Source: a virus
Taxonomy: Duplodnaviria > Caudoviricetes
Virus record (IMG/VR): IMGVR_UViG_3300025137_005045
DNA: 64,000 nucleotides
Direction: 5' to 3' (one strand)
Under the pieces are notes generated by a model. It made no database searches and was not told the DNA's origin. It saw nothing but the letters and a program-made list of their open reading frames with translations. Position numbers and translations under genes: made by a program. Of this stretch, positions 56,625-64,000 are shown piece after piece. Position 1 is the stretch's first letter. Each line of letters begins with the position of its first letter.

Positions 56625-57399
56625 TGTTTATAAAGATATTATTACAGACGATGATATTGCTAGTCTGCTAGAGTATTTTAGATTAGTTGATGATAGAACA
56701 GACAGCCGACCTGATGTTGTTAGTAAGCATCCTCATTGGGATAAAGATCATTGGCCGCAGGGCATTATTAAAAGAATACTTAATCAGGTACTAGATAAAG
56801 AATATCTAGTAGAAGAAGTAATCTTTAATCATTCTAAGATTAGTTTTGGATTACATGCTGATAGCGGAGTACTTGATCAACCTATATATAAAGCCATATT
56901 GATTCCATTGGAAGTGACAGCAAACAGTGGAACAGCATTTTTTAATAATCATTGGTTGTTTCCAAGTGCTAAGTTTACACGTCAAAAATTTAATCCTTTA
57001 GATTATACAGTGTTTGACTGCGACAATAATCCTGTAAAAGTTAATCTTAAAGAATTTTTACAGAATAGAAATTTAAGTTTATTCTCAAATTATACAGATG
57101 CATACATTAAAAATCTCATCGAGACTCGATTAAACAATACAGGTTATACTAAAACTGATGTTCGAACTAATCAATATGAAAAAATCAAAGGATACGATCC
57201 CAAAAAAACTATAGATCAAAAGGTCTATAACCAACATCTTAATCATATTGTTTATGATGATCTACAGGGACTTAGCCTAGATCAAATCGTTCCTTGGGTA
57301 ACCGGAGAAGCTATAGTGTTTGACAGGACACAATTACATTGTGCTACCAGTGGACATACATCTAAGACTGGCATAACGATATTTACTGATCTGGTTTAA
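56617..57399 (+). CDS. 2OG-Fe(II) oxygenase-like protein (start corrected from 56518)
   Basis: GLHADSG; W..G..IVFDRTQLHCA. Confidence 0.6.
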   Translation: MVDVYKDIITDDDIASLLEYFRLVDDRTDSRPDVVSKHPHWDKDHWPQGIIKRILNQVLDKEYLVEEVIFNHSKISFGLHADSGVLDQPIYKAILIPLEVTANSGTAFFNNHWLFPSAKFTRQKFNPLDYTVFDCDNNPVKVNLKEFLQNRNLSLFSNYTDAYIKNLIETRLNNTGYTKTDVRTNQYEKIKGYDPKKTIDQKVYNQHLNHIVYDDLQGLSLDQIVPWVTGEAIVFDRTQLHCATSGHTSKTGITIFTDLV

Positions 57400-59278
57400 C
57401 ATTACATTTCCAGTATCTATTTTTTCGTTGATAATGGTATGCTACATGACAAAATTCTTTGTCATCGGTTATTAAATTATCCCAATGATCAATGACTAAA
57501 TTATCAGCATCGATACCTAATACTGTGTTAGCTAGGTTACGGTCAACATCTATCTTTATAGGATACTCAACTCTCCAGTCAGCACACAGTGACAAATTAA
57601 GATCAACTAACTCTTTTGCCTTGGGAAACTTAAAAGTCAATTCAACGAATTCTGTAAGTTCTTTTGCTAAATCAGTTCTATTATGGTGAAACGCAATACA
57701 ACTAGCGGATTTATATTCCCAATAAACTCCATCAATGTATGTTCCCCAGAAGCTATTATCATCGAATACATTTTTAATTCCTGATTCAGTGATGGTATGC
57801 TGTTCCCATAACAATCCTTTTCGTTTATTAACTACATAATCCATTAACAATTTAACCACTTCTGTTTGTTTTATATTTTCATGTTTGGCTAAAGTCTCTA
57901 TTATGTAATGTCCCCAACCATAGTAATAAAGTAATATCAACCAAAAACTAAACATGTGACCTTCCAGCATGCTGTCAAAAGTAGCAGTATTTGTTGAATA
58001 GACTGCGTCGACACTTTCCATAATATAACTCTTAACGTCTTTGATCTCTAACCAAAATATGTCAAGTGGAACATTTTTATATTTTAATTTATTTTTTTCT
58101 ATATAATCCGGTTGTGCCATAGGAGAATTGTTAGTGAGCACCAATGGATGGACCATTAAAAAGTCTTTTTGGTCGTAGTCTATTAATTGTTGTATACTTT
58201 CCTGAAGAGTGTCTACTGTTTCATGTGGTAAAGGCCATATAAGTTCACTATATGTTGGAATATTTTCTTCTTGGTACTTTTGTAAATAATCTTTAACGAC
58301 ATCGTCCTTGAGGTTAAATCTATTAGTAGCTGTGAGAGTGTCCTTATTAAGGCTTTGCATGGAGAAGGTGATTCCTTTGAATAATCTTGTGCCAGCTTGT
58401 TTGTCTAACATCGCAATTTCATAGATACGTTCACTATTGCTTTTTGCCCAAGTAATGTCCCAAAATTTAGGATACCCGTACTTTAATTTTGTAGCAATAA
58501 CATGTTTGGTTATGTCAACATCTCTAGGTAGCATACCCCAATTACTGTCACAAACAGTAACATACTCGATTTTATTTTTTCCCATCCAAGTAATTTCTTC
58601 ATAGACACGTTCTAGATCAAACTTAGTGATCTTATTCCAGTAGTCATCTCCTATGTCGCAGAATGAACACTTATAAGGACATCCCCTAAGTGTTTCAAAT
58701 GTAACTTGCCAAAATACATCTTCTTTATGTGTATCTTTATATTTTTTAATTATAGTGTCATAAAATCCAGTCAGTATAGGACTAGGTATTTCGTCTAGTT
58801 GTCTTGTACGAGCAGGAGGGGATAATTTATTTTTTCTAGTAACTACATGTGGTATATTCTCATAGTTTCCGGAAGGGTATCTATCTAATATATCAGCGAA
58901 TGCTAATTCACCCTCACCTAAAATAGCTAGATCAAAATACGGATATTTTTTAAAAAATTCTAAATCATATTTGCTGACCTGAGGACCACCTACTACTATC
59001 AAACAGTTAGGGTATTTTTCTTTAATAGCCGAAGCTAATTGTTTGTTATATTCCCAGGTCCAAACATAACAACTCAAAGTTACCACCTTAGGTTCTTTAA
59101 GAGTTGATACTATTTTTTTAATTGGTAACTTTTCAAAAATAACATCTTTGACTTGCCAGTTCTGTTTGATCTTAGCATTTTTCTGAGCATAAGTCCATAG
59201 ATAACTAACAGCCAATGGTAAAAACTTATTTGGACCATAGCTATCAGAAACTTGAATTAAATAGAGGTTATTTTTCAT
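57383..59278 (-). CDS. Cobalamin-binding radical SAM enzyme (class B-like)
   Basis: LSCYVWT...GGPQ; RGCPYKCSFCD. Confidence 0.88.
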   Translation of the reverse strand: MKNNLYLIQVSDSYGPNKFLPLAVSYLWTYAQKNAKIKQNWQVKDVIFEKLPIKKIVSTLKEPKVVTLSCYVWTWEYNKQLASAIKEKYPNCLIVVGGPQVSKYDLEFFKKYPYFDLAILGEGELAFADILDRYPSGNYENIPHVVTRKNKLSPPARTRQLDEIPSPILTGFYDTIIKKYKDTHKEDVFWQVTFETLRGCPYKCSFCDIGDDYWNKITKFDLERVYEEITWMGKNKIEYVTVCDSNWGMLPRDVDITKHVIATKLKYGYPKFWDITWAKSNSERIYEIAMLDKQAGTRLFKGITFSMQSLNKDTLTATNRFNLKDDVVKDYLQKYQEENIPTYSELIWPLPHETVDTLQESIQQLIDYDQKDFLMVHPLVLTNNSPMAQPDYIEKNKLKYKNVPLDIFWLEIKDVKSYIMESVDAVYSTNTATFDSMLEGHMFSFWLILLYYYGWGHYIIETLAKHENIKQTEVVKLLMDYVVNKRKGLLWEQHTITESGIKNVFDDNSFWGTYIDGVYWEYKSASCIAFHHNRTDLAKELTEFVELTFKFPKAKELVDLNLSLCADWRVEYPIKIDVDRNLANTVLGIDADNLVIDHWDNLITDDKEFCHVAYHYQRKNRYWKCNVKPDQ

Positions 59279-60108
59279 TTAAATGTCACTGTTGATATAT
59301 GATTAACTGTTGCTTCTTCAGGGCACATTCTACATATTGAGTGAGGTTTTCCAAAGTTGTTAATAAACTTGTTAATGCTACCCAGACCAGACTGCGGAGT
59401 AATCATAGTATCAGGTTGATCTAAATACGGACTCCAACTTTCATTATTCTGTTGTCCAACTTTATCTAATACGTCGTTGAGTAGCCCCCTGGTGCTACAT
59501 TTATATATTATACCATTATATAATAGAGGACACTGTTGCTGGCAACAAGCGTCAAACGCAGTAGATGGATTGGAATTATGCGGTTCCATATTGTCGTATG
59601 TTCCTTTATAGCTTTTAGTAAAATGTGTAGGTCTATTGATCTGAAATCTAAAAGTACCCGATTTCCATCTATCTATGCCATATTCGGTAACAGACTCCCA
59701 ATCGTATCTCTTAAAAATTTTATCAATGGCCGAATTTATTCTTTGGTCATCAACGTGAACTGTTATTTTAAATACCGAATTCCCAATCTCTTTCATTAGA
59801 TCTACTACATCAAAATGTTTTTCAAGTAATAAGCCGTTGGTAGTAAAGCGTACTTGACTATCTGGTAAGAGTTCTCTGGTGCCAGAGATCCATTCTCGAA
59901 CTTGAGGATTGATCAACGGTTCTCCACCCATGAGTCCAAAGTCAGAAATATTAATCTTTTTTAACCATTTAGATAGATCTTCTTTACCTTGTTCCCAGGG
60001 AACAAATCCTCCAAATTTTAAATCTGAGTAGTTAGTACACCCAGTGCAACTTAGATTGCATACTTGGGTCAGCATTGTTTCAACAAAGGGTAAAGTAGGT
60101 TTAATCAT
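59275..60108 (-). CDS. Radical SAM protein
   Basis: CNLSCTGC; GGEPL; C-terminal C...CP...KC...CRMC. Confidence 0.85.
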   Translation of the reverse strand: MIKPTLPFVETMLTQVCNLSCTGCTNYSDLKFGGFVPWEQGKEDLSKWLKKINISDFGLMGGEPLINPQVREWISGTRELLPDSQVRFTTNGLLLEKHFDVVDLMKEIGNSVFKITVHVDDQRINSAIDKIFKRYDWESVTEYGIDRWKSGTFRFQINRPTHFTKSYKGTYDNMEPHNSNPSTAFDACCQQQCPLLYNGIIYKCSTRGLLNDVLDKVGQQNNESWSPYLDQPDTMITPQSGLGSINKFINNFGKPHSICRMCPEEATVNHISTVTFK

Positions 60109-60130
60109 CTAAGTATTTAACCAGAATAAT

Positions 60131-60158
60131 TTGACTCTCCAATGAACGATGCTATAAT
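60131..60158 (+). promoter_or_regulatory. sigma70-type promoter
   Basis: TTGACT-16nt-TATAAT with TG extension. Confidence 0.7.
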
Positions 60159-60190
60159 TAATAGTAGTATTGTTAACAAGGAGATTCACA

Positions 60191-60448
60191 ATGAGTACAG
60201 TATTCAATTCAGACCAACAAGCAAAACTTAAAAATCTTATCAATGAAGGTTTAGGTGTTATGACTGAGGTCGAAACATTACAAGGCGGGCTAAAAGACAC
60301 GGTTAGAGCAGTAGCTGAAGAATTAAATGTTAAGCCTAGTATATTAAACAAAGCATTAAGAATAGCATACAAGTCAGAATTTCAACAAGAGCAACAAGAT
60401 CATGAAACACTAGAAACTATACTTACTACTGTTGGACGCACTCTTTAG
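60191..60448 (+). CDS. T4 DsbA/GapR-like dsDNA-binding protein (start corrected from 60170)
   Basis: AAGGAG SD; LKDTVRAVAEELNVKPSILNKALRIAYK. Confidence 0.7.
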   Translation: MSTVFNSDQQAKLKNLINEGLGVMTEVETLQGGLKDTVRAVAEELNVKPSILNKALRIAYKSEFQQEQQDHETLETILTTVGRTL

Positions 60449-60530
60449 CAAACAGTAGTTGGTTGGTGGTAACAGGTTTCGCTCACCTAAGAGCATGTAG
60501 AGGTTGATCAGCCATAAGTGATTAGGACAA

Positions 60531-61199
60531 ATGAAAATAAAAAATTGGCAAACATATTGGAAGTCTCATAACCTATGGTTTGATGCACACGTCTACGGTG
60601 AGTGTTTAATTAACCATAATACCAAACAGTTTTATGTATTAATACCCAAAAATGCAAGCACCTGGCTTAGAGAAAAATTACCAAAGTATAATTTTGTTTT
60701 AGGAAACTATCACACAGACAATTTATTAGAAAAAAATTACACTCCTGTAATAGTATTGAGAGATCCTGTTAGTAGATGGACAAGTGGAATATCTGAGTTT
60801 TTATTACGTCGATCAATAATTTCAATGACATCTTGGAAAGATCATATCACACAACCTTTAATAAATTTAATTTTTGCAAGAATAGCTCTAGACGAACATA
60901 CAGAAAGTCAATCAATGTATCTTGAGGGGATTGATACAGAACATGGTATATTCTTTGAACATAATGATGATCTTAACGCTAATATAAGCTACCATCTAAA
61001 GACACAAGACATTACAAATACATTAGATACAAGTGAAAAGAAATATCAATCTACTGGTATTAAACGAGAAGTTATCAACTATTTTACTAATCTTCTGAGA
61101 CATAATAAACAGTTAAGACAAAAGGTAAACGACTACTGCCAGGTTGACACTGACCTTATTACGAGTGTAAAATACTACAAACAACAAGGAAATGAATGA
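60531..61199 (+). CDS. Sulfotransferase family 2-like protein
   Basis: IPKNASTWL (5'-PSB-like); VLRDPVSRWTSG (3'-PB-like). Confidence 0.7.
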   Translation: MKIKNWQTYWKSHNLWFDAHVYGECLINHNTKQFYVLIPKNASTWLREKLPKYNFVLGNYHTDNLLEKNYTPVIVLRDPVSRWTSGISEFLLRRSIISMTSWKDHITQPLINLIFARIALDEHTESQSMYLEGIDTEHGIFFEHNDDLNANISYHLKTQDITNTLDTSEKKYQSTGIKREVINYFTNLLRHNKQLRQKVNDYCQVDTDLITSVKYYKQQGNE

Positions 61200-63853
61200 G
61201 TTATATAGACGCATTATTTGATCGCAACGGCGACAAGATACATATCGTAGAAAGAATAGACGGGGAACGTAAGTTTACCGAGTTTCCTGCTAGTTATGTG
61301 TTTTATTATGAAGATCAAAAAGGAAAGCATAAGTCAATTTACGGCACACCAGTGAGTCGCTTTGCTACACGTTCAGCTAAAGAGTTTCATAGAGAAGTTA
61401 AAATACAAAGTGATAAGAAACTGTTTGAAAGTGATATCAATCCTGTATTCCGTTGTTTAGCAGATAACTATCAAGGTGTTGACGCACCTAAACTTAATAT
61501 AGCGTTTTTTGATATTGAGGTTGACTTTGATCCCGAAAAAGGATACAGTCGTCCAGAAGATCCGTTCAATCCAATTACGGCTATATCAATATATCTAGAT
61601 TGGATGGAGAAAATGGTTACCCTAGCACTACCACCCAAAGGTATGAGTTGGGAAGAAGCACAGACCATTTGTGATAAATTTGACGATACATTTTTGTTTG
61701 AACGTGAGCAAGATCTATTAGGTACATTCCTAGATCTAATAGAAGATGCTGATATATTATCTGGATGGAACAGCGAAGGATATGATATTCCTTATTGTAT
61801 TAATAGGGTAACAAAAGTGTTATCAAAAGATGATACCAGACGTTTTTGTTTATGGAATCAACTGCCTAAGAAGCGTGAGTTTGAACGTTTTGGTGCTAGC
61901 AATTTAACCTTTGATACGATAGGTCGTGTACATATGGATTATATGCAACTGTATCGTAAGTACACATATGAAGAACGTCATTCGTATTCGTTGGATGCTA
62001 TTGGTGAACATGAACTACAAGAACGTAAAACAAATTATGAAGGAACATTAGACCAACTGTATAACAATGACTTTGAAACATTCATTGAGTACAACAGACA
62101 AGATACTCTACTGCTTAAAAAACTAGATGACAAACTTAAATTTATTGACCTAGCCAATGAACTTGCACACGCAAACACAGTGTTACTGCAAACAACAATG
62201 GGTGCTGTGGCTGTTACAGAGAGTGCCATTATCAATGAAGCACATGAACGTGGGCTTGTGGTACCAAACAGAAGAGAACGCTTAACAGGAGAGGATACAC
62301 AAGCCGCAGGTGCCTATGTAGCGTTTCCAAAGAAAGGACTACATGATTGGATAGGATCCGTTGATATTAATTCACTATATCCGTCAGCTATTCAAGCATT
62401 AAATATGGGTAATGAAAGTATTGTCGGACAACTGCAACCTATAATGACTGATCGTTATATCAAAGAGAAAATGGCTAAAGGCAACTCATTTGCATCAGCA
62501 TGGGAGGGTTTGTTTGGTAGCTTAGAATACGAAGCGGTTATGGCCAAAGAAGTAGGTACAGAAATAACTGTTGAGTGGGCAAATGGTAAAGAAGATACAT
62601 ACTCAGCGGCTAATATATGGAAAATGATATTTGATAATAATAATCCTTGGATACTAAGTGCAAATGGCACTATCTTTACATATGAAACTGAAGCAGTAGT
62701 GCCTGGACTGCTAAAACGCTGGTACAAAGAACGTAAAGAATTACAAGCAACAATGAGAGAAACAACTGATCCTAAACAACGAGCATTTTGGGATAAACGA
62801 CAGTTGGTTAAAAAGATTAACTTGAACAGTTTGTATGGTGCTATTCTTAATCCTGGTTGTAGATTCTTTGACAAACGTATTGGACAATCAACTACGCTAA
62901 CAGGGCGTGCTATTGCTAAACACATGGACGCACATATCAATGAAGCACTAACAGGCAAGTACGATCACACTGGAGACACAATTATATATGGTGATACTGA
63001 TAGTTGTTACTTTAGTGCGTGGCCTGTATTAAAAGATGATATTGAAAGCGGTAAGATGGAATGGAACAAGGAATCTGCAATACAGTTGTATGATAAATTG
63101 TCAGACTCAGTCAATGAAAGTTTTCCTAACTTTATGAAACAAGCATTTCATGTTCCATCAAGCATGGGTACTATCATTAAAGGTGGTAGAGAAATTGTAG
63201 CCAGTAAAGGATTGTTTATTACTAAAAAACGTTATGCTGTTATGACATATGATGTTGAGGGCAGACGTTTTGATCTTGAAGGTAAACCTGGAAAGATTAA
63301 AGCAATGGGCTTAGATCTTAAACGTTCAGATACTCCAGTAGTAATACAGAACTTCTTAAGTGATGTACTTGAGCAAGTTCTACAAGGTGCAGATCGTGCA
63401 GAGATCATTGAAAAGATATTAAAGTTCAAACATGAATTTAAAGAACGACCAGGTTGGGAAAAAGGTACTCCTAAACGTGTCAACAACTTGACCAAGTATA
63501 CCAAAGAAGAAAAACGACTAGGTAAAGCCAACATGCCAGGGCATGTTAGAGCAGGCATGAACTGGAATACCATGCGTAGAATGAATTCAGATAATTATAG
63601 TATTAATATTGTTGATGGTATGAAGATTATTGTGTGTAAACTAAAAGCGAACCCAATGGGATGGACTTCAATAGGATATCCTACAGATGAACAGCATATA
63701 CCTAAATGGTTTAAGGAATTGCCATTTGATGACACAGCAATGGAAGAAACAGTTGTTGATCAAAAGGTAGATAATTTATTATCAGTACTGGACTGGAATC
63801 TTTCCGGAGCAACACAAACAGCAAATACATTTAATAACTTATTTGAATTCTAA
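61196..63853 (+). CDS. Family B DNA polymerase (T4 gp43-like)
   Basis: Exo FFDIE, GWNSEGYD, YNRQD; pol DINSLYPS, K..LNSLYG, YGDTDS. Confidence 0.97.
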   Translation: MSYIDALFDRNGDKIHIVERIDGERKFTEFPASYVFYYEDQKGKHKSIYGTPVSRFATRSAKEFHREVKIQSDKKLFESDINPVFRCLADNYQGVDAPKLNIAFFDIEVDFDPEKGYSRPEDPFNPITAISIYLDWMEKMVTLALPPKGMSWEEAQTICDKFDDTFLFEREQDLLGTFLDLIEDADILSGWNSEGYDIPYCINRVTKVLSKDDTRRFCLWNQLPKKREFERFGASNLTFDTIGRVHMDYMQLYRKYTYEERHSYSLDAIGEHELQERKTNYEGTLDQLYNNDFETFIEYNRQDTLLLKKLDDKLKFIDLANELAHANTVLLQTTMGAVAVTESAIINEAHERGLVVPNRRERLTGEDTQAAGAYVAFPKKGLHDWIGSVDINSLYPSAIQALNMGNESIVGQLQPIMTDRYIKEKMAKGNSFASAWEGLFGSLEYEAVMAKEVGTEITVEWANGKEDTYSAANIWKMIFDNNNPWILSANGTIFTYETEAVVPGLLKRWYKERKELQATMRETTDPKQRAFWDKRQLVKKINLNSLYGAILNPGCRFFDKRIGQSTTLTGRAIAKHMDAHINEALTGKYDHTGDTIIYGDTDSCYFSAWPVLKDDIESGKMEWNKESAIQLYDKLSDSVNESFPNFMKQAFHVPSSMGTIIKGGREIVASKGLFITKKRYAVMTYDVEGRRFDLEGKPGKIKAMGLDLKRSDTPVVIQNFLSDVLEQVLQGADRAEIIEKILKFKHEFKERPGWEKGTPKRVNNLTKYTKEEKRLGKANMPGHVRAGMNWNTMRRMNSDNYSINIVDGMKIIVCKLKANPMGWTSIGYPTDEQHIPKWFKELPFDDTAMEETVVDQKVDNLLSVLDWNLSGATQTANTFNNLFEF

Positions 63854-64000
63854 TGAAACTTAGTGAACTAGTTGCGTATAAAACAAGTTTAGATCAATAC
63901 GATTTTATTCGTAGCAGTAAAAGTTTGGTTAAGAAAATTAACGAATCGCAAACTGATATAGAGGGAGCCAGGGGAGCAGATAGTAATATTAGATTTGGCG
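63853..64000 (+). CDS. Partial ORF running off window end
   Basis: TAATG coupling; MKLSELVAYK... open to the end. Confidence 0.6.
   Translation, partial: MKLSELVAYKTSLDQYDFIRSSKSLVKKINESQTDIEGARGADSNIRFG

Noticed and set aside
812-63573. Many short opposite-strand or alternate-frame ORFs in the track (e.g. 812, 1723, 9121, 14400, 17246, 20451, 38002, 38713, 42799, 62455, 63232)
   Set aside because: They lie antisense to well-supported genes, lack SDs and recognisable motifs, and show shadow-ORF composition
61196-63853. Intron or intein in DNA polymerase
   Set aside because: 885-aa continuous ORF with all PolB motifs in normal order and spacing; no homing endonuclease motifs
1-64000. Stop-codon reassignment as in some jumbo phages
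   Set aside because: TAG, TGA and TAA all end genes at expected domain ends, and coding density is high under code 11

Overview
This is a 64-kb AT-rich (about one-third GC, visual estimate) fragment of a large T4-like/jumbo tailed phage genome read in standard code 11. It is probably marine, with a proteobacterial host (ErpA, NqrM-like and SoxYZ-like genes). Core phage genes include family B DNA polymerase, clamp loader, baseplate/tail proteins, GH108 endolysin with spanins, PhoH, MazG and DsbA-like protein. Host-like genes include ClpA+ClpP, DnaJ, GroES, IF-1, ErpA, NadE, SAM decarboxylase, SOD and Dps. There is a very large modification toolkit: six radical SAM enzymes (two B12-binding), two 2OG-Fe(II) oxygenase-like proteins, sulfotransferases, APS kinase, glycosyl/pyruvyl transferases and SGNH proteins. 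Two promoter classes are visible: near-consensus sigma70 promoters and a late TAA(A/G)TA element. The most notable observations are: (1) an array of late genes sharing an N-terminal tag like the T4 capsid-targeting sequence, fused even onto enzymes (SOD, nucleotidase, ParB/Srx), with DNA-level repeats at gene starts that suggest a shuffled virion-cargo cassette system; (2) late promoters placed exactly 5 nt before SD-less ATGs, implying leaderless late mRNAs; (3) a promoter-driven, highly structured ~230-nt noncoding segment; (4) a PQQ-dehydrogenase-associated SoxYZ-like gene; (5) a DnaE fragment that stops before the catalytic motif. All family assignments come from motif recognition by eye; no database searches were run.
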